Shown: positions 29,567-43,513 of the stretch, in pieces
How the letters are laid out: every line of letters starts with the position of its first letter
Position numbering within the stretch: the stretch's first letter is position 1
Assembly: GCF_009914755.1 (NCBI RefSeq)
Contig: NC_060937.1
DNA length: 64,000 nucleotides
DNA from: the human T2T-CHM13v2.0 reference genome, Homo sapiens
Direction: 5' to 3' (one strand)
Program-made: the position numbers and the translations under genes
Notes under the pieces: generated by a model
The model's input: only the letters and a program-made list of their open reading frames with translations
Database searches by the model: none
Told to the model about the DNA's origin: nothing

Positions 29567-32259
29567 CACTTGTGTGTGACCTCAGCTATCTCCATTGCCT
29601 GCATCACCCTGGCTAACCAGGATTCCTGAGTCTGTACACGTGACCAGTTCATTCCTACCACAACCAGCATTTGAGAAAGCCAGTGCACTAAGACTATAAC
29701 CAAGGAATCTCACAGAGTCTACATCACTCTCCTGCCACCCTTGTCAGAACTGGTGCTGGTACCCACTGTTGAGAGACTTGAGGACAGATCACATCTCTGG
29801 ATCCCTTGCAGGCATTCCCCAACACCAGCTTGGAGTGTGACAGCCCCACTGGGCAGCTAGACCCATAGGAGTAGCAATGTTTCCAGTAGTCTGGCTCTCA
29901 GGGACTCCTACTTCTAGGGGAAGGGGGAATGCACCACATCAAGGGAGCAACCTGTGGGACAAAAGAATTCAGAGAGCAAGCCTTGAGTCCCAGAATGTTC
30001 TGCTTGCAGAAAGTTTCTTTTAGTAGAGGCACAGGTGCAGTGCTGGGCTCAGCGGGAAAAGTCTGTGATTTTTATCCTAGCAGTCAGGCAGTAAGGCTGA
30101 ATCAGTAATTTTTTAAAAACTGCAAACAAACAAAAGAAAAGCCCAGTTTCAGATGGATTCACAGCCAAATTCTACCAGGCCTTTAGAATTGGTAACAATC
30201 CTACTGAAACTATTCCAAAAGATTGAGAAAGAGGAACTCCTCACTAACTCATTCTATGAAGCCAGTATCACCCCAATACCCAAACAAGGAAAGGACATAA
30301 CAAAAAAGAAAACTACAGACCAACATCCCTGATGAACATAGATGCTAAAATCCTCAACAAAATACCAGCAAACTGCATCTAATAGCACATCAAAAAGACA
30401 ATACATCATCATCAAGTGGGTCTCAGCCCAGAGATGCAGGATGGTTTAACACACATAAGTCAATAAATGAGATACATCACACAAGCAGAATTAAAAACAA
30501 AAACCATATGATCACCTCAATAGGTGCAGAAAAACATGTGATAAAACCCAGCAAACTTTTATGATAAAAACCCTCAACAAACTAGGCATAGAAGGAACAT
30601 ATCTCAAAATAATGAAAGCTGCATATGACAAACCCACAGCCGACATCATACTAAATGGGGAAAAGTTGAAAGCATTCCCCATAAGAGCTGAAACAAGACA
30701 AGGATGCCCACTTTCACCACTTCTATTCGACATAGAAGTCCTATCAAGAGCAATTAGGCAAAAGAAAGAAATAAAGGCATCCAGATTGGAAAAGAGAAAT
30801 TCAAACTATCCCTGTTTGCTTAATAATATGATCTTATACCTACAAAACTCTAAGGACTCCTCCAAAAAATTCTGAGATTTAATAAGTGAATTTAATAAAG
30901 TCTCAGGTTACAAAATCAATGTACACAAAGCAGTAGCACTGCTATACACCAACAACAATCAAGTTGAGAATCAAATCAAGAGCTCAATCCCTTTTACGAT
31001 AGCTATAAAAAAATGCCTGGAATATACTTAACCAAGGAGGTGAAATATCTCTATAAAGAGAACTACGAAACACTGCTGAAAGAAATCATAAATGACACAA
31101 ACAAATGGAAATATATCTCACGGTCATGGATTGGGAGAATCAATATTGTAAAAATGACCATACTGCCCAACGCAATCTCCAGATTCAATCTAATTCCTAT
31201 TAAAATACCAGTACCATTTTTCAGGGAATTAGAAAAAAACAATCCTAATAGCCAAAGTGATCCTAAGAAAAAGAACAAATCTGAAACAATCACATTACCT
31301 GACTTCAAATTATACTACAAGTCTGTAGTTACCAAAACAGCAAGGTATTGGTATAAAAATAGATACATAGACCAATGGAACAGAGTAGAGAACTCAGAAA
31401 TACAGCCAAATACTTTGTTGAACTGATCATCAACAAAGCATACAGCAACATAAATCAGGGAAATGATACCCTATTCAATAAGTGGTGCTGAGAAAACTGG
31501 ATAGCCACATGCAGAAGAATGAAACTAGATCTCTATCTTTCACTTTATACAAAAATCAACTCAAGCCGGATCAAAGACTTAAGTCTAAGACCTGAAACCA
31601 TAAAAATTCTAGAAGAAAACCTAAGAAAAACTCTTCTGGACATTGGCCTAGGCAAAGAATTATGACGATGACCCCAAAAGCAAATGCAACAAAAACAAAA
31701 ATAAATACATGGGACCTAACTAAACTAAAAAGCTTCTGCACAGCAAAAGAAATAAGTAGTAGAGTAAACAGACAGCCCATAGAATGGGAGAAAATATTTG
31801 CAAACTTTGTATCTGACAAAGGACTAGTGTCTAGAATCCACAAGGAATTCAAAGAAATCAACAAGAAAAAACCCACAAATAATCCCATCAAAAAGTGGGC
31901 AAAGGACATGAATAGACATTTCTCAAAAGAAGATATACACATGGCCAATAAATATAAGAAAAAATGCTCAACATCACTAATCATCAGGAAAATGCAAATT
32001 AAAGCCACAGTGAGATACCACCTTATCACAGCCAGAAAGGCCATTATTAAAAAGTCAAAAAACAGTAGATGCTGATATGGATATGGTGAAAAACATGTAC
32101 ACAGCTGGTGGGAGGGTAAATCAGTACAACCATTATGGAAAATAGTATGAAGATTTCTTAAAGAACTAAAAGCAGATCTACCATTCAATCCAGCAACCCC
32201 CCTACTGGGTATCTACCCAAAGGAAAATAAGTCATTATATCAAAAAGACATCTATATGA

Positions 32260-32755
<496 letters not shown>

Positions 32756-33069
32756 TAAAAAAGAACAAAATAATGTCTTTTGCAGCAACTTGTATGGAGC
32801 TGGAAGCCATTATTCCAAGTGAAGTAACTCAGGAATGGGAAACCAAAAATGGTATGTTCTCACTTAAAAGTGCGATCTAAGCTGTGGGTACACAAAGGCA
32901 TACAGAGTGGTATAATGTAGTTCGGAGGCTCAGAAGTGGATGAGGTACAATGTACACTACTGGGGTGACGAATGTACTAAAATCTCAGACTTCAACACTG
33001 TACAATTCATCCATGTAACCAAAAAACATTTGTACCCCAAAAGCTATTGAAATAAATTTATATACATAT

Positions 33070-33255
33070 ATAAAATGTAAAAGTTCTGCTCATCAAAAAG
33101 AGCTCAAGAAAATTAATAGGTAAACCATAAATTGGAGATATATATGGGACAAACACACACACACATATATATACTTATCTGACAAATGATTTATATTTGA
33201 AACATACCAAGAACTCTACAACTCAGTACTAAAAATATTAACAACCCAATAAGTG
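33070..33255 (+). mobile_element. Ancient L1M ORF2 fragment
   Basis: 'ttctgctcatcaaaa...tatctgacaaa...aagaactctacaactca...aacaacccaat'. Confidence 0.6.
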
Positions 33256-33694
33256 AATAAGTAACATCACTGTGATCCTGGGTCCAGGTTCAACTTACGT
33301 CTCTGGAGGCTAAAGAATGAAAGTTGAACTATACTGTAAGAAAATCTGCTCCATCATCAGCAAGGCTATTTAACGTTTTTCAAAAAATAGCCATGTCAAC
33401 TCAAAGTACAGTATTGCTATTCCAGTAATCTTTGGTTCATTCTCAATGGGTCTCCAAAGAACTTTACAGATATTAATCAGATAATCTTCCCTGTTTCCTT
33501 AAGAGTCAGATGAGGGAGTGAGCAGCCTAATCCCATAAAAACAGAAAACCAAGGAAATGCCGGTCGCTGAGATGCAGCTGGAGGCAGAGCCAATAACCCA
33601 ACTCTTGGCCCCTGGCAGATGGAAAAGATGCATTCTGTGAGTTGAGCAATGGATCAGCACTGTGATTAAGTAAGAGCTGTCTTTCCACCCTTCC

Positions 33695-33910
33695 TGATGC
33701 ACGCACCCAGCCTCTCCCTCTGCGGACAGTTATTATATAATGCCTCCCTCTCAGGGAGAGTCGGGGCTTGCTTTACTGCGGGATCTGGCTTAAAAGTTTC
33801 GCCCTGCCGACTGCCTCTGGGAGCCTCCAGTGACTCATTTCCTGCTCCCGGGCTTGTGCTGTAGCTCGCAGCGATGACCCCGGGGTCTCCACTCCTTCGC
33901 CATCGCTGTT
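33695..33910. promoter_or_regulatory. Small CpG-rich patch with AP-1 and ETS-like motifs (candidate enhancer or promoter)
   Basis: About 12 CpGs in ~205 bp against a CpG-poor background; TGACTCA at 33831-33837 next to TTCCTG; TATATAA near 33734-33740. Confidence 0.4.
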
Positions 33911-34279
33911 TCCTGGCCTCCCACAGGCTTCCAGGACTCCACCAAAACCCTCCTGGGTGCATTCCTCATCCCCGTTCCCATCCACCCTGGGCAGGACTTG
34001 AAGTTGCCAGAGCAGTAGCAGTCAAGTCTCATTGCCAAGGGCCAGTGTCATCACTCAGCATTGACGGTCTCACCAACATTCAGGCCTCCGAGCTTCGTTT
34101 CTGCTGATACCCTCACCTGGAATGCTCTTCCCAATCCTCCTCAGCTCCCCCAGTAACGTCATTCACCAGCCTCAGCATCCAGGTCCTCCCTCTCCTCCTC
34201 TGCCTCCTGCAGACCCTCTTTATTAGCGCTTGGGAACTTGACAATGTGCATACCTTAACAGAGCCCTTTGACCTCCTGG

Positions 34280-34700
34280 GAAACGAAAACAGGCAACAAA
34301 CTGTAAACACAGAATAAGACCATATCAAATACAGAGAAGTGCTATGAAGAAAACAAAACAGGCTCATTGACCAGGGAAGGAGTGGGAGTATTTATTTAGA
34401 CCACATAGCCTTGGAGGAGGTGATGTTTGAGTTGAGACTTGAGTGAGGAGATGGATCCAGCCCTGCAAAGGTCTGAGAAAAAGTGTATCTGACGGGAGGT
34501 GGAGGTTGTTCAAAGGCCCTGGGGTAGAAATAACTTGGCATTGGAGGAAAGGGAGAAAAAAGCCATCTGATGGGGGAGGAGGTGCGTGAGGGGTGAGTGG
34601 ATCAAGGCGAGAGGGTTTATTCAGGACTGCATGGGAGCTGATGACAGGGAGGTTCCACGCCAATTGCTTTCTGTTGGTGGAGTGAGGATCAGACAAATGC
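34280..34700 (-). mobile_element. L2 fragment
   Basis: 'aagtgctatgaagaaaacaaaacagg...gaggaggtgatgtttgagttgagacttga...caaaggccctggggtag'. Confidence 0.8.
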
Positions 34701-35219
34701 CTCGTGCGCTGGGTCCTGTTACGTTGCAGTAGTGAGGACGTCACTTGCAAGAAGCATTTGGTCCTTTCTTCCCCAGTCCCCAGTTAAGCTCTCCTGGCTG
34801 GGCCTTTTGTCAAGTATTCTGTGGGCTGCACTGGGCTCTTTAGTTGGGTAGCAATTATTAATAGTTCCTGTTCAGAGCACTCTGCAAGAGAGTGGCAGAT
34901 TGAGAAGGCAACGTGTAGCTTGAAGCTCTTCCAGACCTCCAGGACTACTGGTAGGAGACAATGGCAGAGCCCGTCATCATAATTTCTTTCCTCCTGGCTC
35001 CTTAGATCTAGAAAACCAACCTTGCATTATTTTACACAAATTAGACGATCAAGGCAAAGTCTCTGAGTGACTGAAAATGCATTTGCAATGACAAGAGAGG
35101 TGAGAAAGTGCAGGAGTTCATGGGGTGGAGGTGACTATTTCACAGTTCTGTTTCCAATCCATTAGCCCTGGGCTTTGAGGGATCTGATAAAGGGGTGGAA
35201 TTGGCCAATTTCCTTCCTC

Positions 35220-35450
35220 TTAATAATTAGAACAGCCTTAACAAAGAATGCTTGCTGAACACACACCGAGAGCCAGGCACAGAATGTTCAGCAGTTTACC
35301 TGGGAAACTTGTTCAGTCTTCACAACTGCTCACTTTTCAGATGAAGCTCAGAGACAGTAAGGAATCTGGTCACTGTCATATCACTGGCCAGTGGCAGGTC
35401 CAACGTTTAAACCCAGTCTGAATCTAGATTTTAAGGCCTGACACACTGTG
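35220..35450 (-). mobile_element. MIR
   Basis: 'gccaggcac...cttcacaact...ttttcagatgaagctcagaga...tttaaacccag'. Confidence 0.65.
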
Positions 35451-35590
35451 TGTCCTGCCTCTAAGTGGCTATTACCGTTCCTTATCTATTCCTGGTTGCC
35501 AGACACTCACTGAAGCATGGGCTGAAGCACTTTGAGCTTCTTCCATGCCTGGCAGCTGCTCTGAGGCTGAGCCTGTCTGTGCAGAGCTGC

Positions 35591-35760
35591 TGTCCCTGGA
35601 GGTGCTGACCTGCACTGTCAGAAGGAAAGCCAGAGTGGAAGGCAAATCCAGGATTGGCAGAGCCGGGACAAGCCCTTTGTATGTTCCCCTTGGGAAAAAA
35701 ACATGAGGATATTGCATTTTTTAATAAATGAGTTTAGCCAAGCCTCTTTTTTTACTCCAT
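35591..35760 (+). repeat. Copy A of a ~170-bp dispersed inverted duplication (partner 44050-44217)
   Basis: Roughly 80% identical to the reverse complement of 44050-44217, including a perfect 27-mer at 35638-35664. Confidence 0.9.
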
Positions 35761-36119
35761 ATCCAGGAATACCCAAAGTTCTCTAGATGCTTCTTGACTG
35801 CAGAAGGGGAAATTTCCCAGACGTTTTCTGAAAGTTGACTCTGTCTGTCATGTGACGTGCTCCTCAAGGCTGAGCATTTGGTTTGCAGGCAGTGGGGACC
35901 AGCTAGGGACAACTTCACGGGTGCATTTTCGCATGCAATGACAGAGCTGAAGTGGTCAGCAAAATTAGCTTAAAATAAGAGCACGATGCTACAACAAGGG
36001 GCAACCTTGATGAAGGCAGTTTGCCCCGCACAGTTCCATGGGTTGGCTATCCCTGTGAAAATGTGCATCCCCCAGAGGCTGACCTAGCATGGCAGGCCTG
36101 GGACACTGATGTGGGTCAG

Positions 36120-36569
36120 TGTAGTGGGTTGAATCATGGCCCCCAAAAAGATATGGCCAAGTTCTAACCTGTGACTGTGACCTTATTTAGAAAAAGTGTC
36201 TTTACAGATGTCATTAAGTTAAGGATCTTGAGATGAAATCATCCTGGATTTAGGGTGGGCCCTAAGTCCAATGACAGGTATCCTTATTAAGAGAAAGTTG
36301 GGAGAGATTTGATGCACAGGGGAGAAGGCTGCCTGAAGAAGGAAGCAGAGACTGGAGTGATGCAGCCACAAGCCAATAAGCCTGGAGCCACCAGGAGCTG
36401 AAAGAGGCAAACAGGGATTATTCCCTAGAACCTTCAGAGGAAGTGTGACCTTTCTGATACCTTGATTCCCAACTGTTGACTTCCAGAACTGTGAGAGAAT
36501 GAATTTCTGTTGTTTTAAGTCACTCAATTTGTGGTCATTTGTTACAGTAGCCCCAGAAAACTAATAAAG
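36120..36569 (+). mobile_element. MaLR solo LTR (MLT1C-like)
   Basis: 'tgtagtgggttgaat...ggcccccaaaaagatat...ccagaactgtgagagaatgaatttctgttgttttaag...gaaaactaata'. Confidence 0.88.
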
Positions 36570-39500
36570 AGAGCACTGCTCTTGTCTTGGGCCTGTTTTA
36601 CTATTTATACTTCCCCCACCCCAGAGTAACAAGTTATGCACTTACAGTGAGAAATGCACTGAGAAGGGGAGGCCACCACCTGCTCAGGGCATTCTGCCTC
36701 TGTAGACAGTTCCAGGGCAGAAAATCAGATGCTGGTGTTGGTCGACATTCAGAATGTTCTCCTGGCCCAGGTGCTGGGAGGGAATCTCCCTCCTGACTCT
36801 GGGGACAGACTTGCTGGGTGGCTTCTGGAGGTTTAACCAGCACCCCAGCTCCCTGTGTGTGGGGAGAAGGGGAGGTGAGCCTGGCTTCCCTGACTTCCAC
36901 CCTTTTCTCCATGCCTTTGGCCTACAGAGCAAGCCATCCTGTGGATTCTCACTGCCCTTCTCCAAACAGGGCATGGCTAGGACCCCTCATACTCTATTAT
37001 CACCAGAGGCTGCATTTCCTCCTTGAGTCAGCTTGAGTTTTGGATGTTTCCAATGTCTTTGGTGACATGTTTACCAATAATTCTTCTTAGTTATTTCTCA
37101 CAGATGGCTAATCCTTTATGGGTAAATTTTTCTAGTTTCACTCTAAGAACATTTTCCAAGTCCTTGAGAAGCAAGGGAGGCACCACATGGCCAAGACTCA
37201 CACTCTCTGGCAAGAGGGCTGGTGGTGCTCAGGGAACTCGACAGCCACTGGGAGAGCTGGGCCCCTAACATGAGCTGCAGAGCCATAAACAAGATGCAAA
37301 GCAATGGCCTTTGGTTGGTATTTAATATCAGGAAGATTCATCCTTACTACTCTTTTTTCTCTGTGTGAGTGGATAAGTGAGTATGTGTGTGTGGTGTGTG
37401 TATTGAGGTGTGGGTCAGACACTAGCCACCACAGTGTTTGGCTTTCTCCAGCTGTAAATATAAGGAAGAGACTTTGAAAGTCTCATTGTTTTTTCCTTTC
37501 CATTCTAAAATCCTAAGATCCTATGGAACATGTCTCAGGAGAATTTAAAACAAAAAATAAGGAATTCACAAGCACTTTCAACTGTTCAAGCTTATGCGGG
37601 AACTCTAAACCCACAGGAAAAAGAAACTTTTCAACTCCTCCTCATCAATTCACTGTTATAACACCCGACCCTCTCAGCAGAATGTGCTACTGTGAGCGAC
37701 TCGCACTGGACAACATCATAAGCTCTTTTGATTTGTCCTTACAACATTTGTCCTTGAGCAACCTTGCACGTGGCAAGACTGCTTCCCACAGAGGGGATGC
37801 CTGCGGATGTGTTAGTGTTTCACCGCCAGCCCTGGGTGGTAGTTGCCAGGCTTCGTCTTCTGAAGAACAGCATTCCCTTGTTTGTCTGGCTCTCCCATTG
37901 ACTCCTAACTGCCCTCTTTTCCTGCTGATTTCCTTGCACACAACGAGTATTTCCTTGCAATAAAGGGAAAAATAGACAAGTATGTGAAACACAGAAAACT
38001 ATATGACGAGCAGCTCAACAGAAGATGCATTCAGTTCCATTTCTTCCATTCCTGGATTCACCTGTGGCCCCAGCAGCCCCATCTCTGACTCTCAAAACAT
38101 CAAATGGACACTCTCACCTGAAGACATGGTGGCCTAAAGTGCTGGCCCTCTGTAGGAGGGTTTTGATCTCATTTTTGCTCTGTTCCTTCTTTGCTTTGTC
38201 TCCTCTGTTTTTGTGGACTTGGTTTGGGGAATGGGGTGGTGTGAAGAGGTGCAAGTTCCTGGAAATTGTCCTCTCTGCCAAGCTAGTGAGACCTGCTTGG
38301 GCCTTGTCCGTACCTAGCTCTATCCGGCTGAAAGACCAGGCCAGGCACAGACTCCACTGTGTGGTGTACAGGAGTTCATGTGTAACTCTTGTTTCCAAGA
38401 CTCACTAGGCAAAGGCCAGAGATAAAGCCTCAGAACACTGTGGCCCCGCTCCTGTCTGGTTTTCCCACATTCCCTCCTACTCTCACATGCCCTCTCTGTC
38501 CAGGCACTGTGTGCAGGCCCTTGGGGATAGACCAGTGAGCAAACCCAACACAGATCCTATCCTCTATCCACTCAAGGGGTTGGTTTTCCTTTTGTGATGC
38601 TGGGGAAATGCCCAAGCAGGGAACAGGTTTGTCTCCTCCCTTCGCTGAATGTGTGGATACTGGGGCTCAAGTCCTGCCCCGGCTCCACCTCTGTCTGCAA
38701 TGAGGAGAGAACTCCATCACCTCCAGAGAGGCCCCGGCCCCAGACCCAGCCTTGTTCTGAAGGTGTCTAGCACCCTCTGTTGGTGACCCAGACCAAATGC
38801 CCTGGGCCTTGGGTTGGGACACAGGCTACCCCAGGGAACCTTATCAGCTCATCTGAACCCTGTGTGTTGTGCATCTGTCCAACCACATACTCCTGAGCGC
38901 CAGACTCTGTTCTAGGGGGTGAGGATATACAAATGTGCAGGGTTAATGTTTAGTTTCCTCACACGTTTCAACTCCCTTCTTTTGAAGGAGGATCCCAATG
39001 CTGGGAGATGGATCAGGAACAGGGCTCATTCTAGGTCCCATAATCCCTTTCAAAGCACTAGGCTGAGAGGTCTAAGCATCAAGAGGCCCCTCAGTGGCTG
39101 TCCTGTGTTCCCTAGAGTTCCTGACCTCAGAGGGCAGATCTGGCCCCACCCCTGTGCTACCTGCGGAATCATGGGCTCAATTCCTCTGGGGAGGCTGAAA
39201 CTCCTGCTCCCCCCCACGCCTACCTTCACACACATCCTATAACTCCTCTCTTCTTCTCCCTAAATGGGAACTCAGTGGCATTGGACATGACTGGGCAAGG
39301 GTGAGTCCCTATCAGAATCCTCCGTCTTCTTCCTTCCAGCCAAGCCGTCATTGCTGGGCTCTTTATGTACCTGATGTTCCTGCTGGTCCCCCGGCCAGCT
39401 CCCCTGCCATTTAAAGGCCAACGCACACACCTTGATGTTCAGCAATGACTGTGGGAAACTCACGCTCCCTTTCTTGCTCCAACAAGGTCATAAAAATACA

Positions 39501-39699
39501 GTTGTATGCAAGAGGCTGGCCCTGCAGATCCCCGCATGTGCCACCACATCCTTCAAATGAATCAGCTGTTTCAGAGGGACCAGCCCTGAGAGGGTAGAGT
39601 GCTCATGAGCAGAAAGACAGAATGCAAGCTTTTTGTTTGTTTGTTTGTTTTCCCTTTGTGGGATTTATGTAGTTTAACTTTTTTTTTAACTTTTGTTTT

Positions 39700-40005
39700 A
39701 ATAGAACAGCTTTGTTGACCTATAATCTATGTGCCATCCCATGTGCCCATTTAACATGTACAATTCAATGGTTTTTAGGATATTCACAGAGTCATGCAGC
39801 CATCACCACAATCAATTTTAGAACATTTCTCTCACCCCAAAAAGAAATCTCATACCCATTAGCAATCATTTCCCATTTCCCCCAGGAACCCCCAGCCCCT
39901 GGCAACCACTAATCCACTTTCTGCCTCTATGGATTTGCTTATTCTGGACATTTCATATAAATGAGATCACACAACATGTGGCCTTTTGTGTCTGGCTTCA
40001 TTCAC
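39700..40005 (-). mobile_element. L1MB-type 3' end
   Basis: 'tacaattcaatggtttttagg...caatcaattttagaacattt...cccagcccctggcaaccactaatc'. Confidence 0.85.
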
Positions 40006-40044
40006 AAAACAAGATTTTGCTCCTTATTTTCACTGCACTTTAAT

Positions 40045-40150
40045 CAGAGTGACCATATAATTTATCATCCAAGCTGGGACACTTTTAGAGGGAAAGGGAT
40101 GCTCTTAATACTTATGCTGTGACAACCAGCATAAACCGGGGCTGCCCGGA
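40045..40150 (+). mobile_element. MER94-like hAT-Blackjack fragment
   Basis: 'gtgaccatataatttatcatccaagctgggacactttt'. Confidence 0.75.
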
Positions 40151-40229
40151 TGAGAACTTACTTCCTTCTACTGAAATGGTTAATAATCCACACCTCCCAC
40201 CCACTCTGCAGCTACCTGCCTTCCCCTCC

Positions 40230-40850
40230 CTAAGTCAAAATCAACAAATAAATCACTCTCAGTAACCTCAGGTCTTGCCAATACCCGAAAGTTAATGTAC
40301 TTCCAGAGTTGCTAATGCTCTGTTTACGGCTGAAGCATGCTTATGATTTATGGGAGAAATAAGACTAATTTCCCCCAAAGAGACGAGAACTAGCCGTTTT
40401 ATTTTTCATTTTGGAAGCACGAAATTTGACTGCATGGGGTGCAAACTGTGAAAGAAAGCGGATACAGAAAACAAAGCTGTTATAACAAATGTGGGAAGGA
40501 TGTTGTGAACTATGGGCCATCAGAAGGAGACTGCAGGAGGCTTAATTGGACGGGTCATGCGTCGCAGCTCTGAAAAGGGCAACGTGATTATTTATTGTTG
40601 TGCTCTTAATGCACCTGGCTCAATGTCACCTCTCACTGCGATGCTCTCTCCCAGGCTGTTTTTGACACTCTGAAAATTGCTTCAGTGTTTGTAAGTAAAT
40701 ACAAAATGTATAATTTTTTAATTATAGGTATCTGTCGGGTGCAGATAGAAGTTAAGCCTGCTTGGCAACACCCTCTGTCACTCACCGCCGGCAAATGAGC
40801 CTGAGAAGCAATTCAGCAGCAGACATTTTTAACTATTGATTCCCTCCTGG
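40230..40850. promoter_or_regulatory. Non-repetitive motif-rich segment (candidate developmental enhancer)
   Basis: FOX motif TGTTTAC at 40321-40327; PBX-HOX motif TGATTTATGG at 40344-40353; TAAATCA near 40249; several TAAT cores. Confidence 0.35.
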
Positions 40851-41911
40851 ATGCAGCAAGGCTTGATCAAATAAGGAAATCTCTCTATCACCAAACATAG
40901 TATTGAGGGCCCACCACATGCAAGATACTCTACCACACCCTGCCAGCACTGCAAACAGAATGTATTTAGGCTGCCTTGGAATGGCACCGTGCAAAAGGAA
41001 AAATTATATATAGCAACCAAGAAATCATCTTTCCCTAATCTGTCTCTGATGAGACCTCTGCATCAGCCTTGAGCCTAAATTCTCTAAGAAATCCACTGAT
41101 TTTTCTATGAATTGTTTGTGTTCTGAATTCACTAATAAAGCCAATTTGGACCACCTATCCCAGTGTGGTCAGGGATTGCCCCATGTGGAAGGTGGTTGGG
41201 TTCTTGCTGTTTAGGGGCAGGCTCTGTCCTGGGAGCTGGATGTTGGGTCTAGACAACTCCAAGCCAAGGAGACTCCCTTGTGACTGCCCTGTTCTGGACC
41301 CCAGATGCAAATGTGCTCTGCTGGCATCCCAAGCAGCCTTTGCTTGTGTGTGTTTTGTGTCTCAGCTTATCCATCTGGCTCCCCTTCTGCCACCTTTTCT
41401 TCTATTTACACCCACCATTCTCAATTTGTCTTCCAGCTCTTTCTGAACCAATTATGCTATAGATACATTTAGTCGATTTCCAGGCCAGATGCTCAAATAC
41501 ATCCTCTTCTGCATTAAAGATCATCAGAGTAGGCTCCCAGCCAGCCACAGGATTTACAGATCCTTGGAATTCCAGGAGAAATCCTCAGAAATTTTCTGAT
41601 TCGGGTACTATTCCCAAATTCATTCATTGGGGGGAAAATGGCCATTGATTTACTAACAGCATGGAAAATATCTTACACGCAGGTCCTAGGAGCCAATCTC
41701 TCCCACAGTCAAAAGATCTGGCCTAGACTAACTGTTGCAGGTATGTCCTGATATGATATTCTGCACAAGCTCGGCCACACACCACTTCTAGTAACGGTGA
41801 GCCATGTAGGAGAAGCCTCTCAGCATTTGGGCAGATCCATGCCTCTAGCCTAGAAAACTGGATTTTTCTCATCAGCACTATTTTCCACACTTTCTTGCTG
41901 GTTCAAGTTGT

Positions 41912-42796
41912 TGTTGAAAAAGCCAATCTCTGTAAAATAATTTGAAGGGAATTATTCTGAGCGAAATGTGAGGACCATGACCCGTGACATACAGCTCCAG
42001 GAGGTCCTAAGAACATGTGCCCAAGGTGGTAGGGTTCTAGCTTGATTTCCTACATTTTAGGGAAAGAGAAGTTATAGGCAGACATCATTCAATACATGTA
42101 AGGTGTACGTTGGTTCGGTCTGGAAAGACAGGACAACTTGGAGCAGGGGCTTACAGGTCACAGGTAGATTCAAAGAGTTCCTGATTGGCAATTGGTCGAG
42201 AGAATTAAGTTATTATCTAAAGACCTGGAATCAATAGAAAGGAGTGTCTCGGTTAAGATAAAGGGTTGTGGAGACCAAAGTTCTTATTCTGTAAAGTCCT
42301 ATAGGTAGCTGCCCTTAGAGGCAATAGATGGCAAATGCTTCCTACTCAGACTTTTCAAAGATGCTAGACTCTCAGCTAATCTCTCCAGGATCAGAAAAAG
42401 ACCTGGAAAGGGGAGAATGTAAATTTCCCCAAGAGACAGCTTTGCAGTGCCGTTTCAAAATATGTCCAAGAAATACATTTAAAGGGAAAATACTTTGATT
42501 TTTTTCAGGGCCTGCTATCTGTCATGTGATGTTATGCTAGAGTCAGGTTGGAATTTGGTAACTTATTGCTACCAAGAGTCTGTTTCGTTAATCTTAAGAT
42601 CTTTGTTTTAATTTAATGCTGGTCAGTTGTTCCTGAATTCCAAAGGCAGGAGAGTATAATGAAGCGTATCTAACCACTGCCCCCCTTCCCATCATGGCCT
42701 AAACTAGTTTTTCAGGTTTACTTTGGAATCCCCTTGGCTGAGAGGAGAGGTCCATTGAGTCAGTTGGGGGGCCTTATATTTTATTTTTGGTTTACA
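41912..42796 (-). mobile_element. Solo ERV1 LTR (MER4D-like)
   Basis: TG...CA termini, ~885 bp; MER4 motifs 'gaacatgtgcccaaggtgg' and 'ggggggcctta...ttttatttttggtttaca'. Confidence 0.85.
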
Positions 42797-43181
42797 GGGT
42801 GCTATTTGTACAGAGTCCTCCGTATTTTCAAGGTGTGTAGCATGTTTAAGACCGTTATCTCTTGCCTCATCTTAAAGGTCCAGGAAAGGCAGCAGCACCA
42901 ATGAAATGGGTATGGCATTTTAAGGAGGAAAAGCTGCTCCCTTCACCCCACCAGGGAAAGAAACAAGCCCCTTAGCTGGGACTCAGTGGAGTCCTTACAG
43001 AGCAGGTGTTCTTGCCACTGGGGCAAAAATACAAGTGCTCCAGGGTTCCTTGCTCATGGGAAAGTTGCCCATCACTTCCAGAGCCAAAGGCAGGTACCTC
43101 TTTGCCATTCATGCTCTCCCAAAGGGATCCCTGGCTTCCTGCTGAGAAGCAAGTCTCAAAATTCAGTATGCAAAAGGGCTA

Positions 43182-43513
<332 letters not shown>

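Noticed and set aside
31571-32188. 205-aa hydrophobic minus-strand ORF resembling a membrane protein
   Set aside because: It is the antisense reading of A-rich L1 ORF2.
37523-37963. 146-aa ATG-initiated ORF in unique sequence
   Set aside because: No recognisable homology or supporting gene structure; length alone is not sufficient evidence.
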